DNA of 64,000 nucleotides from contig CABUHS010000010.1 in NCBI GenBank assembly GCA_902491535.1, positions 6,541-70,540 on the forward strand, read 5' to 3'. This document shows, piece after piece, positions 1 to 10,387 of this stretch; within the stretch, counting starts at the first letter, position 1, and every line of letters begins with the position of its first letter. The notes beneath the pieces are model-generated. The model was not told the DNA's origin and did no database searches. It saw only the letters and a program-made list of their open reading frames with translations. Origin of the DNA: an uncultured Eubacteriales bacterium. GTDB taxonomy: Bacteria > Bacillota > Clostridia > Oscillospirales > CAG-272. The translations under genes and the position numbers were made by a program.

Positions 1-2
1 CG

Positions 3-431
3 AATTTTGAAGCACGTCTGTCACGCAATTCTCCCGATGAAGTACTCGGAACATCTACCTCTGAAAGTCTTGCCGCAAGAGTAAACGCCGCAAATTCATG
101 GCCCGCAGATATTTTCATAAGTCTGCATGCAAATGCGTCCGATATAACCTCGGCAAGCGGAATTGAAGGGTATGTATACAGAACTCCGTCAACGGCATAC
201 ACACTGTCGGAGGATATTCTGCGCCAGCTCTCGCTCATAACCGGATTGCGCAACAGAGGAACTTCAGCACGTCCGGGACTATACGTTCTGAGAAAGACAA
301 CTATGCCTGCGGCGCTCATTGAACTCGGATACATAACAAATCCTGCAGATGCAGCACTTATGAATGATGATCCTTATATATTCGCACGCGGAGTTTATAA
401 CGGTATCAAAGAATTTTACGGTATGATATAA
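3..431 (+). CDS. N-acetylmuramoyl-L-alanine amidase (Amidase_3 family), C-terminal part; 5' end lies outside the window
   Basis: Frame 3 is open from the window edge. The translation ...ADIFISLHANAS...GIEGYVY...RKTTMPAALIELGYITNPADA carries typical Amidase_3 core motifs. Confidence 0.8.
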   Translation, partial: NFEARLSRNSPDEVLGTSTSESLAARVNAANSWPADIFISLHANASDITSASGIEGYVYRTPSTAYTLSEDILRQLSLITGLRNRGTSARPGLYVLRKTTMPAALIELGYITNPADAALMNDDPYIFARGVYNGIKEFYGMI

Positions 432-456
432 GACCCATGCAAGCACAATAATATGT

Positions 457-495
457 AAATACGGTACATATCTGTATCAGATATGTACCGTATTT
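457..495. terminator. Bidirectional intrinsic terminator between the convergent amidase and rqcH genes
   Basis: Perfect 18-bp inverted repeat aaatacggtacatatctg / cagatatgtaccgtattt with a 3-nt loop, flanked by A/T runs. Confidence 0.7.
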
Positions 496-578
496 ATTGT
501 GAAAAAACAAAGTTTCGGGGCACCCTCCGGACTCTTACTATAGTACAAGCTGAGCCTGTTTGTAAAAACAAAACGAGT

Positions 579-2327
579 CTACTTAACTCTCAGCGCAGAT
601 ATTCTGTCGGGATCCGGGGTAACATAAGCAGTCCAGTTTTTTGTATACGTCACAAATCCCGGCTTTGAACCTGCGGGCTTCTTGATATATCTTATCTGAG
701 TATAATCAACAGCGGTATTCTCGCCGCTTTCCGCCTTCGAATTAAATGCTGCTATCTCGGCAGCTTCGGTAAAATCGGAAACGTCCGGTTCGTTTTCTCC
801 GTCAGTAAACAATACAACATGAGAACCCGGCACATTCTTAGCATGAAACCACCAATCCGAGCGCTCCGCAGTCTTTGTTGTAAGTATATCATTCTGTATA
901 TTATTCCGTCCGCACAGTACACGGTAACCTCCCGACGTTCTGTATTCTATAGCACGGACACGGCGAACCTGTTTTTTCTGATTCTTTTTGTTTTTAATAT
1001 CCTTTGCCAAGCCCGTTTCGGCGAGTTCAGCGCGTATTTCATCTATATCCGATTCAGATTCGCATCTTGACAGCGCGTCAAGCACGGTGTCTATATATAC
1101 AAGTTCTGATTCGGCAAGCTTTATCTGTTCGGCAAGAACCTGCTCTGCGGTTTTCAGCTTTGAATATTTTCTGTAGTATTTCTGTGCATTCTGAGAGGGA
1201 GACATACGCGGATCGAGAGGAACAGTGACCTGCTCAAGTCCCTCGGAATAATAGTCGGTAAGCTCCGCCGACGTCATACCCTTGCTCACTGCCCATATAT
1301 TTGAAGTAATAAGATCACCGAAACGTTTAAGCTTCTCGCCGTCTGCACATCCTGCAAGCTCCTCGCGCTGAAGCACAAGCTTCCTGCGCAATCTTGCGTC
1401 GGCGTTTCCGAGCATATGCAGTATATCCGACTCGCGCTGCCTGATACGCTCCGCGCGGTCCCGTTCACCGAAAAATAGTTCAAGCAAAGCGGATATACCG
1501 GCAGGATGCTCAACAGACGCGGTGTCTCCGTAAACACCTACATCCGTAAAACAGTATTCGATCGGCTTTTTATCCGCATCGCGGACAAGTGTCGGCTGAT
1601 ATATACCGAGTTCAAGATCCTTCAGTATACCGGACATAACATCGAAAAGGCGCTCGCAGCTATCTGAAGCACGGTGTGCGATCTCCTTTGCGAGAAGCGA
1701 GGATATTCCAAGATAGTGCGCAGTTATAAATTTATCCGCACGCAAAGTTCCGCCGTCAAAAAGTCCTTCGGCACGGCATAGGGAAAGAAAATGCTTTCTG
1801 CTCTCTGTCCTCGGATCAAGCTTATCCTGAGGAGGCGGAAGCTCGTATTTCATTCCGGGCAGAACCTGTCTTTTCTGACTTGTCGTAAAATCCACAGTAC
1901 GGCATGCTCCGAGTATGCGGTGATCTCCGTCACAGAAAATAATATTGCTGTACTTTCCCATTATTTCGATGATAAGAGAACGTCTCGCGGAAAAACCCAT
2001 TTCGTCCGTTCCGTCAAAAACAAGCTCAAGCACCCGTTCAAATCCCGGCTGGATAATTTCAGTCAGCTTAGCGCCGGAAAGATGTTTTCGCAGAAGCATG
2101 CAGAACATCGGAGCGGTAAGCGGATTCTCCTTGACCGAGGAGGTAACATGTATTCTCGGCGAGCTTGGCGACGCCGATATAAGCAGTCTTTCACTGCTTC
2201 TGTCCCTGTGAAGGATCAGTATAAGTTCATCTTTTTCCGGTTGCTGCACCTTCTCAACGCGCGCTCCGGTAAAGCAGCGCCGCAATTCATCTGCGACCGC
2301 CGCGACCATTCCTGCATCAAATGCCAT
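579..2327 (-). CDS. rqcH: Ribosome quality-control protein RqcH (NFACT / fibronectin-binding protein A family, DUF814)
   Basis: 582-aa ORF. It has an NFACT-N-like N-terminus (MAFDAGMV...EKVQQPEKDELIL), a central coiled coil, and a C-terminal NFACT-R/DUF814 region (WWFHAKNVPGSHVVL). Confidence 0.9.
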   Translation of the reverse strand: MAFDAGMVAAVADELRRCFTGARVEKVQQPEKDELILILHRDRSSERLLISASPSSPRIHVTSSVKENPLTAPMFCMLLRKHLSGAKLTEIIQPGFERVLELVFDGTDEMGFSARRSLIIEIMGKYSNIIFCDGDHRILGACRTVDFTTSQKRQVLPGMKYELPPPQDKLDPRTESRKHFLSLCRAEGLFDGGTLRADKFITAHYLGISSLLAKEIAHRASDSCERLFDVMSGILKDLELGIYQPTLVRDADKKPIEYCFTDVGVYGDTASVEHPAGISALLELFFGERDRAERIRQRESDILHMLGNADARLRRKLVLQREELAGCADGEKLKRFGDLITSNIWAVSKGMTSAELTDYYSEGLEQVTVPLDPRMSPSQNAQKYYRKYSKLKTAEQVLAEQIKLAESELVYIDTVLDALSRCESESDIDEIRAELAETGLAKDIKNKKNQKKQVRRVRAIEYRTSGGYRVLCGRNNIQNDILTTKTAERSDWWFHAKNVPGSHVVLFTDGENEPDVSDFTEAAEIAAFNSKAESGENTAVDYTQIRYIKKPAGSKPGFVTYTKNWTAYVTPDPDRISALRVK

Positions 2328-2339
2328 TTTTATTCTTCC

Positions 2340-2760
2340 TTATTATATCATAAATCGTTGCGTGAAACGCAGCTGCGCCTCAAGGCGCGGGACTGCACAT
2401 CCGTCGATTTAGTCATTCAATGTTTTCTCAGACATCCGAAATCTCGCATAGCAAGGTTTCGGTTTACGTCGTGAGGTTATTATATCATAAATCGCTGCGT
2501 GAAACGCAGCAGCGCCGTATGGCGCGGGACGGCGAAGCTGTGATTTAGTCATTCAATGTTCTCTCAGACGTCCGAAATCTTGCATAGCGAGGTTTCGGTT
2601 TACGTCGTGAGGTTATTATATCATAAATCGCTGCGTGAAACGCAGCAGCGCCGTATGGCGCGGGACGGCGAAGCTGTGATTTAGTCATTCAATGTTCTCT
2701 CAGACGTCCGAAATCTTGCATAGCGAGGTTTCGGTTTACGTCGTGAGGTTATTATATCAT
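2340..2760. repeat. Three tandem copies (137, 136, 136 nt) of a hairpin-rich element plus a terminal 12-nt partial unit
   Basis: The unit start ttattatatcat recurs at 2340, 2477, 2613 and 2749. Units 2 and 3 look identical by eye, and unit 1 is diverged. Each unit holds several short GC-rich stem-loops. Confidence 0.9.
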
Positions 2761-2845
2761 ATTTACTTGAATTTCGCAATCCCGAAAAAATACCGGATAG
2801 TGTTATTTGGATGTAGTTGTATCGCGTTTCCGGTTTATGCAAGTG

Positions 2846-2874
2846 TTGACATTTTTTTTTAATTATGCTACAAT
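2846..2874 (+). promoter_or_regulatory. Sigma-A type promoter for valS
   Basis: TTGACA (2846-2851), an exact 17-nt spacer, then TACAAT (2869-2874), about 85 nt upstream of the valS ATG. Confidence 0.65.
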
Positions 2875-2959
2875 ATATCTATTATTATAAAATAAGATTT
2901 GTACCGGATCACAGCTGTTTACAAAAAACATATATCTGTCTGAAAGGAATGAAAATATA

Positions 2960-5605
2960 ATGAAAAAAGAGTTGGCAAAAACTTATGCCCCGTCTGAATT
3001 TGAGGATAAGTGGTATAAGTTTTGGGAGGAAAACGGTTATTTCAAACCGGATGACGACCGGAGCAAAGAGCCGTTTAATATAGTTATTCCGCCTCCGAAT
3101 GTTACCGGACAGCTTCACATGGGACATGCTCTCAACAATACACTTCAGGATATTCTTATCCGCACAAAGCGCATGCAGGGATACAATACCATGTGGATTC
3201 CCGGAACCGATCACGCGGGTATTGCAACGCAGATCAAGGTTGAGCAGATGCTCCGCGAAGAAAAAGGACTTTCCCGTCATGATATCGGACGCGAGGAATT
3301 TCTGAAGCTTGTATGGCAGTGGAAGGAAAAGTACGGTGACCGTATTATAAATCAGCTCAAGAAGATCGGATCGTCATGTGACTGGAGCCGCGAGTGCTTC
3401 ACTATGGACGATAATCTTTCTGCCGCTGTAAGAAAGACCTTTGTAAATCTTTATAACAAAGGACTTATATACCGCGGTTTCCGTATTATAAACTGGTGTC
3501 CGAGCTGTGCTACCGCGATCAGTGATGCGGAAGTAGAGCATAAGGAGCTTGAGGGAGCATTTTGGCATATCCGTTATAAACTGTCCGACTGCGACGAGTA
3601 TCTTACAGTTGCTACGACACGTCCGGAGACGATGCTCGGAGATACTGCTGTTGCAGTAAACCCCGAGGACGAGAGATATAAGAAATATATCGGAAAAATG
3701 CTTGTTCTGCCGCTTACAGGCAGACAGATTCCTGTCGTTGCCGACGAGCATGCGAAACCCGAATTCGGAACGGGATGCGTTAAGATCACTCCGTGTCATG
3801 ATCCGAACGACTTTGAAGTCGCACAGCGTCATGGCCTTCCGATGATACAGGTGCTTACGCCTGACGCAAAGATGAACGACGAATGCGGTGTTTACGCAGG
3901 ACTTGACCGCTACGAGGCGCGCAAACGCATAGTTGCGGATCTTGAAGCTTGCGGAGCGCTTGTTAAAATTGAAAAATGCACGCATGAGGTCGGTCATTGC
4001 TACCGCTGCGGAACGGTTCTTGAGCCGACTGCATCGCGCCAGTGGTTTGTTCGCATGAAGCCGCTTGCCGATCCGGCTATCAAGGTCGTTCGCGACGGTA
4101 CGGTAGACTATATTCCCGAAAGATTCTCCAAGCTTTACCTTAACTGGATGGAGAATATTCACGACTGGTGTATTTCGCGTCAGCTTTGGTGGGGACACCG
4201 TATCCCTGCTTATTACTGCGATGACTGTGGCGAAATGATCGTTTCAGAAGAAAATGTTGCAGTCTGCCCGAAGTGCGGTTCCGCACATGTTCATCAGGAC
4301 GAAGATGTTCTTGATACATGGTTTTCATCTGCGCTTTGGCCGTTCTCCACGCTCGGATGGCCGAACAATACAAAAGATCTCGAATATTTCTATCCTACTT
4401 CGGTTCTTGTTACCGCTTACGATATCATAACCTTCTGGGTATCTAAGATGATATTTATGGGACTTGAAAATATGAGCAGCGTATTTCCGGATGATGTGAA
4501 AAAACAGATTCCGTTCCCGCATGTCTTTATTCACGGACTTGTCCGTGACGCGCAGGGAAGAAAGATGTCAAAATCGCTCGGAAACGGTATCGATCCGCTC
4601 GAAGTTGTTGAAAAATACGGCGCTGACGCGCTTCGCTTTGCGCTTACGACAGGAAATTCTCCCGGAAATGACATGCGTTTTTCGGATGAGAAGATCGAGG
4701 CGGCGCGTAACTTTGCAAATAAGCTTTGGAATGCAGCTCGCTTTGTTCTTATGAATCTTACAACTGACGAGACAGGACTTCCATGTTCTGATGAACTTGC
4801 GCTCGAGGACAGATGGATACTGACGCGTTTTGAGCGTCTTACAGCTGAAGTTACAGAAAATATCGACCGCTATGAGCTTGGAGTTGCTCTCTCGAAGCTT
4901 TATGATTTCGTATGGGATGTATTCTGCGATTGGTATATCGAGCTTGTAAAGCCGAGACTTTCGTCAGGAGATACCAACGCTCAGCGCGTGATCGTGTTTG
5001 TTCTTTCGGAGACACTGAAACTTCTGCATCCGTTTATGCCTTTCATTACAGAGGAGATATGGCAGAGTCTGCCGCATGACGGCGAGAGCATTATGATCTC
5101 GGCATATCCGAAATATAATGAAGAGCTTGTATTCGGATCTGATGAGCAGAAGATGGGCCGCATTATTGCCTGTATACGTGCAATAAGAAATCGCCGTGCA
5201 GAGATGAACGTTCCTCCGTCAAAGAAGGCTGCGCTTTACATTGTTACCGCCGACAGGGAGACGTTTGAAGCGGGAAGCGGCTTTTTCGGAAAGCTTGCTT
5301 CGGCTTCTGAGGTGCATGTGGTTGACGGCTATCATGCCGACGATGCCGTTCAGATCGTTTCCGACGCAGCTACGATATATATTCCGCTTGCGGAGATGAT
5401 CGACTTTGAAAAAGAGCTTGCGAGACTTTCCGCCGACAGGGAAAAGACTCTCAGTGAGATCGCGCGTATTGAAAAGAAGCTTGCTAATGAAGGCTTCGTG
5501 TCAAAAGCTCCGGCGGCTGTCGTTGAAGGTGAACGCAAGAAGCTCGACGGATATCGCGATACGCTTGACAATATAGAAAAGGCTATCGCAAAGATCGCAA
5601 AATAA
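2960..5605 (+). CDS. valS: Valine--tRNA ligase
   Basis: 881-aa ORF with a class I HIGH-type motif ([12 protein letters not shown]), KMSKS ([10 protein letters not shown]) and the C-terminal coiled-coil typical of ValRS. Confidence 0.97.
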   Translation: MKKELAKTYAPSEFEDKWYKFWEENGYFKPDDDRSKEPFNIVIPPPNVTGQLHMGHALNNTLQDILIRTKRMQGYNTMWIPGTDHAGIATQIKVEQMLREEKGLSRHDIGREEFLKLVWQWKEKYGDRIINQLKKIGSSCDWSRECFTMDDNLSAAVRKTFVNLYNKGLIYRGFRIINWCPSCATAISDAEVEHKELEGAFWHIRYKLSDCDEYLTVATTRPETMLGDTAVAVNPEDERYKKYIGKMLVLPLTGRQIPVVADEHAKPEFGTGCVKITPCHDPNDFEVAQRHGLPMIQVLTPDAKMNDECGVYAGLDRYEARKRIVADLEACGALVKIEKCTHEVGHCYRCGTVLEPTASRQWFVRMKPLADPAIKVVRDGTVDYIPERFSKLYLNWMENIHDWCISRQLWWGHRIPAYYCDDCGEMIVSEENVAVCPKCGSAHVHQDEDVLDTWFSSALWPFSTLGWPNNTKDLEYFYPTSVLVTAYDIITFWVSKMIFMGLENMSSVFPDDVKKQIPFPHVFIHGLVRDAQGRKMSKSLGNGIDPLEVVEKYGADALRFALTTGNSPGNDMRFSDEKIEAARNFANKLWNAARFVLMNLTTDETGLPCSDELALEDRWILTRFERLTAEVTENIDRYELGVALSKLYDFVWDVFCDWYIELVKPRLSSGDTNAQRVIVFVLSETLKLLHPFMPFITEEIWQSLPHDGESIMISAYPKYNEELVFGSDEQKMGRIIACIRAIRNRRAEMNVPPSKKAALYIVTADRETFEAGSGFFGKLASASEVHVVDGYHADDAVQIVSDAATIYIPLAEMIDFEKELARLSADREKTLSEIARIEKKLANEGFVSKAPAAVVEGERKKLDGYRDTLDNIEKAIAKIAK

Positions 5606-5651
5606 AAGCAGTAAATCAAATTCGCTGTATTAATAACAATTTATATTTATA

Positions 5652-5693
5652 ATAAAAAAATAAGGGAGGCTTTTCCTATGAAAAGCCTCCCTT
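5652..5693 (-). terminator. Intrinsic terminator-like hairpin (U-run on the minus strand)
   Basis: 13-bp stem aagggaggctttt / aaaagcctccctt, preceded on the plus strand by an A-run, in the convergent valS/HAD intergenic region. Confidence 0.5.
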
Positions 5694-5716
5694 TAAAAAT
5701 AATAAAGAATTTACAT

Positions 5717-5765
5717 AAAAATATCAGCATGGACATTTACTTATCTATCCTTGCTGATATTTTTT
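5717..5765. terminator. Bidirectional terminator-like hairpin
   Basis: 9-bp stem atatcagca / tgctgatat flanked by AAAA and TTTTT. It lies between convergent genes. Confidence 0.5.
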
Positions 5766-5881
5766 AGTCCTAAATATAAAAGATTTCTTTTTAACTTCGG
5801 TGTTGCCAATGCCTATTTTAGAAATCTTTTATTGAAGCGCTCGATAAACTGTAAAACACTCATGACGGTCGGCGACTGAAA

Positions 5882-6628
5882 CTATAAAAGATTTGCTTCG
5901 ATAAAGTGTGCCACACCGTCTTCGTCATTGCTGCCGGTAATATAATCCGCTGCATTCGTCACGGCTTCGATTGCATTGGAAACTGCAACTCCAATACCGC
6001 ACATCTGGATTGGTTCAATATCATCGTTATCATCGCCAAAATAGACAGTATTGGTTTGTAAAATATTCAGAGCTTCAAGTGCTACTTTAATTCCGTTCCA
6101 TTTTGTTGCATTTTTACTCATGATTTGCACAAGAGTGTTTTTTGCAATGGTATAATATACGTCCTTAGTTAATATGTGTTCAATTTTGGCGTATAAAGTA
6201 TCATTTGCGCTGCTTGCCAAAATCTTATACAAAGTTTCCTGAGCCGGCAAATTTGGGAAATCATCATAACAGGTGGAGTCCCATTCCGGAATTGCGACAT
6301 TGGAGTATATACCGTTACTTGTTTCAATAGAGATAAGTGTATCAGATATTGAAATCAGTGAGGACAAAACACATTCTCCGCTTAAACGTGGAATACTATT
6401 TTCAATTACCTCATTGGGCAAAATAATTTTGGCTCCATTCATGGTTATAGCTGCATCAAAGCCGACTTGCTCATGGTATATCAGTATGCTTCTTTCGGGT
6501 CTTGCCGTTGCTGCTATAATAGCAATACCTTCATTGTGACATTTTTTCAAGACATTAAGCGTGTATGCCGAAAGTGTCTTGTCAGTACGCAGCAGCGTTC
6601 TATCCAAGTCAACAATAATAGCTTTCAC
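5882..6628 (-). CDS. Cof-type HAD-IIB family hydrolase (sugar phosphatase-like)
   Basis: 248 aa. HAD motif I is DLDRTLL at the N-terminus and the C-terminal motif is GDDNDD. The length and cap region are typical of Cof/YidA-like phosphatases. Confidence 0.8.
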   Translation of the reverse strand: MKAIIVDLDRTLLRTDKTLSAYTLNVLKKCHNEGIAIIAATARPERSILIYHEQVGFDAAITMNGAKIILPNEVIENSIPRLSGECVLSSLISISDTLISIETSNGIYSNVAIPEWDSTCYDDFPNLPAQETLYKILASSANDTLYAKIEHILTKDVYYTIAKNTLVQIMSKNATKWNGIKVALEALNILQTNTVYFGDDNDDIEPIQMCGIGVAVSNAIEAVTNAADYITGSNDEDGVAHFIEANLL

Positions 6629-6843
6629 TTAAAGCTCCTCCACAAATTTTAGTTTATTGCCTTGCATTTTACCACAGGTGTTTGCAAAATTCAATTCACT
6701 TTCTTGAAATCACCGGAGTTTTAATCAGTAATACTTATTAAAAGAAGGAAATATAAAAGTTTCGGTCAAGCCTTTTTAAGGGGTTGCGGGTGTCCGAGGG
6801 CAGAGCCCTCGGAGTCCTTTTTCCCTAGGAATCTTTTCTCTGT

Positions 6844-7866
6844 TTATCGCTGAACTCTTCCCGAACCGTCGCCGCCTGCGAGTTTTTCAACCTCGGCAAC
6901 TGTTGCGTGATTGTAGTCTCCCTCTACTGCGTGCTTGAGTGCAGAAGCGGCTACAGCGAATTCAACAGCAGCTTGCGAATCTTTTCCAGATAGAAGTGCA
7001 TAGATAAGACCTGCACCGAAGCTGTCTCCGCCGCCTATACGGTCAACGATATGGAGATGATAAAGCTTTGAGAAACAGTATTCATTTCCGTCGTAAAGCA
7101 TTGCGCTCCAGTCGTTGTCGAATGCGGACTTACTCTCACGGAGAGTTATAGCGACCTTTTCAAATCCGAATTTCTCGGCAAGCTGTCTTGCGACAGACTT
7201 GTAACCTTCTTTGTTAAGCTCACCTGCGGTAATATCTGTTGCTTCTGCTTCTATACCGAATACGTCCTTTGCATCCTCTTCGTTGGAGATGCATACGTCA
7301 ACGTACTGACAAAGCTCGGTCATAGCCTCTCTTGCCTGTTCTCTTGTCCACAGCTTACCGCGGTAGTTCAGGTCGCATGATATCTTTATGTTTCTTGATT
7401 TTGCTGCGATACAAGCCTCGCGGCATATTTCAACGAGATTCGGTCCGAGTGCGGGCGTGATTCCCGTAAAGTGGAACCAATCGACACCGTCAAAGATCTT
7501 GTCCCAGTCAAAGTCGGAGGGCGCCGCTTCCTGAATAGCCGAATGAGCGCGGTCATAAATGCAAACGCTCGGACGCTGAGACGCACCTTTTTCATTGTAG
7601 TAGATACCGACACGGTCGCCTCCGCGAACGATAAGCGATGTGTCAACTCCGTAACGGCGGAGACTGTTTACAGCGCTCTGACCGATCGCGTGTGCGGGAA
7701 GTTTTGTAACATATGCGGCGTCAATGCCGTAGTTTGCGAGCGATACAGCGACATTTGCCTCGCCGCCGCCGAATGAAAATTGCAGGTGATCTGCCTGTAC
7801 AAACCGTTCGTAATTATAGGGCTGAAGGCGGACCATAAGCTCGCCGAATGTAATAACTTTAGCCAT
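6844..7866 (-). CDS. kdgK: 2-dehydro-3-deoxygluconokinase (PfkB family)
   Basis: 340 aa with PfkB signatures (GGGEANVA near the N-terminus, DRIGGGDSFGAG near the C-terminus). It overlaps eda by 8 nt within a hexuronate operon. Confidence 0.85.
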   Translation of the reverse strand: MAKVITFGELMVRLQPYNYERFVQADHLQFSFGGGEANVAVSLANYGIDAAYVTKLPAHAIGQSAVNSLRRYGVDTSLIVRGGDRVGIYYNEKGASQRPSVCIYDRAHSAIQEAAPSDFDWDKIFDGVDWFHFTGITPALGPNLVEICREACIAAKSRNIKISCDLNYRGKLWTREQAREAMTELCQYVDVCISNEEDAKDVFGIEAEATDITAGELNKEGYKSVARQLAEKFGFEKVAITLRESKSAFDNDWSAMLYDGNEYCFSKLYHLHIVDRIGGGDSFGAGLIYALLSGKDSQAAVEFAVAASALKHAVEGDYNHATVAEVEKLAGGDGSGRVQR

Positions 7867-8506
7867 TGTTTCTTGTCTCCTTTACAATTTCTACAGACTT
7901 TTTGCAGAGCTCTGTGATCTCATCCCATTTTCCGCCGTCGATAAGATCTGCGGTGACCATGTAGCTTCCTCCGCAAGCACAGATAACGGGGCAGGAGAGA
8001 TATTCTTTAAGGTTTTTAAGCGAGATTCCGCCTGTCGGCATTATCTTGAACATCGGGAAGGGCGCGGACATTGCTTTGATCTTGGAAAGACCGCCGGACT
8101 GCTCCGCAGGGAAGAATTTCAGAACTTCAAGTCCGAATTTAAGTGCCGCGTGGTAGTCGGTCGGGGTAGTGCATCCGGGATATATCGGAATGTTTTTTTC
8201 GACGCAGTATGCGACAAGCTCCGGATCGAATCCGGGAGTAACGATAAACTGAGCGCCGGCTTCTACTGCTTTGTCAAGCTGTTCCTTTGTAAGGATCGTG
8301 CCTGCACCTACAAGCATATCGGGATGTGTCTCCCGCATTATTTTTATAGCCTTGTCTGCTCCTGCGGCGCGGAAGGTAACCTCTGCGACGGGAACTCCTC
8401 CGGCGCACAGCGCAGCTGCAAGCGGTTCTGCATCTTTTTCGGGATTGTTAAGCTTGATGACCGGAACAACGCCGATCTGTGAAATTTTTTCATTAAAGGA
8501 ATTCAT
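7859..8506 (-). CDS. eda: 2-dehydro-3-deoxy-phosphogluconate (KDPG) aldolase
   Basis: 215 aa. Eda/KdgA-like sequence (VPVIKL...GGVPVAEVTFR...VGAGTILT...FKIMPTGGI) in an operon context with kdgK. Confidence 0.85.
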   Translation of the reverse strand: MNSFNEKISQIGVVPVIKLNNPEKDAEPLAAALCAGGVPVAEVTFRAAGADKAIKIMRETHPDMLVGAGTILTKEQLDKAVEAGAQFIVTPGFDPELVAYCVEKNIPIYPGCTTPTDYHAALKFGLEVLKFFPAEQSGGLSKIKAMSAPFPMFKIMPTGGISLKNLKEYLSCPVICACGGSYMVTADLIDGGKWDEITELCKKSVEIVKETRNNG

Positions 8507-8729
8507 TTTTTAACCTCATCTTTCTCCCGAAATCGTAATGTCGGGAAAAATTGATTTTAATTGGATCTGCTCCGTAGCAGATTTGTACGGGGATAATCAT
8601 TAGTTATGTATACACTTTGCTTAAAACAGCAGAACGCTGCTCTGCCTGAAGTGAATTGGCGAACATTCGGTATACGGCATGATTTTTATGCCGATATTGT
8701 TTATATAAAAATCCGTGAAAACAGTTGTC

Positions 8730-10313
8730 TCAGCGCTCGGAAACGTATTTGTGAAGTGTTTTACGTACTGCTCCGACACCGACAAACAGCTCTTCAGCCA
8801 TTTTTACGGTTCGCTCTCCGAGTCCTGCTTTATAAAGGTCGACGCCGAAAATGTCGGAGCGGCTGTAAAGTTTTTCAAGACAGCTCATATCCTGCTTGGA
8901 TTCAGTTATCTTCAGAGGAGCGACAATTGCCTGAAGCTCTTCGAGAAGCGGATCGGGAGATGGGGTAAATGTGTTTCCGCTGTCGTCAATACCCGTAAGA
9001 TAACGGGCATAGCCTGCCAGTACAAGCGGTATAAGCACAAGCTCATCGGTGTTAAGACCGCGCTCGAGATATGCTTTGATAGTTTCACCGAAGCGTATGG
9101 AAAGCTTTTGGGAAGTGTCGGTGGCGATTCTCTGCGGAGCATCGGGCATGAACGGATTCGGCAGGCGCTTTGTCAAAACCGCTCCGATAAAGTCAGCCGG
9201 TTTCAGTACGCCCGGATCTACAACGACAGGCATTGCTTCGGTATAACCTATCTTGGTTATCAGACTGCATATATCCTCATCCTTCATCTCGTCGGATATA
9301 AGGGTGTATCCGAGCATGCAGCCGAAGATCGACATTGCGGTGTGAAGGGGATTGAGGCATGTACATACCTTCATTTTTTCGACCTTGTCGACAGTTTCTC
9401 GGTCGGTGAAAAGAACGCCGCCGGCTTCGAGCGGAGGACGTCCGCAGGTGTAATTGTCCTCGATTACAAGGTATTCTGTTTCTTCTGCGTTGACGAATGC
9501 GGAAGTGTAGGTGTTTTTCGCAGTTACGATAACCTCGCTGTCCTCAAATCCGTCGCTGTCGAGAAGCGCCTTTATCTTTGCGTCAGGTCTCGGAGTTATC
9601 TTGTCGATCATGCTCCACGGGAAGGTGACCTTTGTTTCGTCGCGGAGATAATCGGCAAAGTTATTCGGGACGAGTCCGGCTGCTGTCCATGCGTCGGCAT
9701 ATGTGAGAACGGCGGATCTCACCTTGTCACCGTTATGCGAGCAGTTGTCCATGCTCTGAAGAGTGATCGGAAGCTGTCCTGCATTGAAGCGTGCGAGCAG
9801 GAGAAGTGTTATCTTACCCATAATCAGTGAGGGATCAAATCCTTTTGCCGTATCGTTTTCCGATACCGAGTAGCCCTTTTCAGTAATTGTAAAGCTTACC
9901 ATCTGAAGGGACGGCGCACGGAATATTTCGAGCAGGCGGTTCCAATCTTCGGTGAAGCTTTTGTCAGCTTTGAGACTTTCGGTGACCGATGCTATAACCT
10001 TTTTATCTGCCGTACCGTCCGATTTAAGAACGGCGAGAAGACTCAGATTGTCGAACGGACGGTATGCGCGGTCGATAATTTCGTAATCGAAGCCTTCGGC
10101 GACGATAACACCTTTATCGTAGATTCCTTCGTCAAGCGCTTTTTGCAGGACTGCCGCCGGAAAAGCGCGGAATATGTTTCCTGCGCCGAAATGGATCCAG
10201 GAAGGCTCTTTTTTTGTATTTTCCGTGACCTTTTTAATATCGAATTTCGGGAGAGCAATGTTTGCTTTATCCCATACGTCGCGGTCGCGGATTCCGTTTA
10301 AATTCAGTTTCAT
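8730..10313 (-). CDS. uxuB: Mannitol dehydrogenase-family oxidoreductase, probably fructuronate (D-mannonate) reductase
   Basis: 527 aa with an N-terminal Rossmann motif (IHFGAGNIFRAF) typical of long-chain mannitol dehydrogenases. It sits directly downstream of uxuA. The substrate assignment comes from context only. Confidence 0.6.
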   Translation of the reverse strand: MKLNLNGIRDRDVWDKANIALPKFDIKKVTENTKKEPSWIHFGAGNIFRAFPAAVLQKALDEGIYDKGVIVAEGFDYEIIDRAYRPFDNLSLLAVLKSDGTADKKVIASVTESLKADKSFTEDWNRLLEIFRAPSLQMVSFTITEKGYSVSENDTAKGFDPSLIMGKITLLLLARFNAGQLPITLQSMDNCSHNGDKVRSAVLTYADAWTAAGLVPNNFADYLRDETKVTFPWSMIDKITPRPDAKIKALLDSDGFEDSEVIVTAKNTYTSAFVNAEETEYLVIEDNYTCGRPPLEAGGVLFTDRETVDKVEKMKVCTCLNPLHTAMSIFGCMLGYTLISDEMKDEDICSLITKIGYTEAMPVVVDPGVLKPADFIGAVLTKRLPNPFMPDAPQRIATDTSQKLSIRFGETIKAYLERGLNTDELVLIPLVLAGYARYLTGIDDSGNTFTPSPDPLLEELQAIVAPLKITESKQDMSCLEKLYSRSDIFGVDLYKAGLGERTVKMAEELFVGVGAVRKTLHKYVSER

Positions 10314-10387
10314 AGTATTTTCCTGTATATGATTTCCGGGGACTGCTGTCTCTCGACAGAGACAGACATGTCTCCTGTTTTTTTATT

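Noticed and set aside
2340-2760. Possible CRISPR array
   Set aside because: The 136-nt units are directly contiguous with no unique spacers, the unit is far longer than a CRISPR repeat, and no cas genes are nearby.
2761-2959. T-box riboswitch upstream of valS
   Set aside because: The promoter at 2846-2874 leaves only about 85 nt of leader. No specifier stem, T-box sequence (GGTGG..ACCGCG-like) or terminator/antiterminator pair is visible.
6793-6812. Hairpin ccgagggc-aga-gccctcgg as the kdgK terminator
   Set aside because: On the minus strand (the kdgK sense) no U-run follows the stem. The T-run is on the plus strand, where no gene ends. The evidence is too ambiguous to annotate.
8715-9830. 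371-aa plus-strand ORF
   Set aside because: It lies entirely antisense to the well-supported mannitol-dehydrogenase-family gene. Its composition is Cys/Arg/Val-rich and low in information, it has no RBS, and it resembles no protein family.
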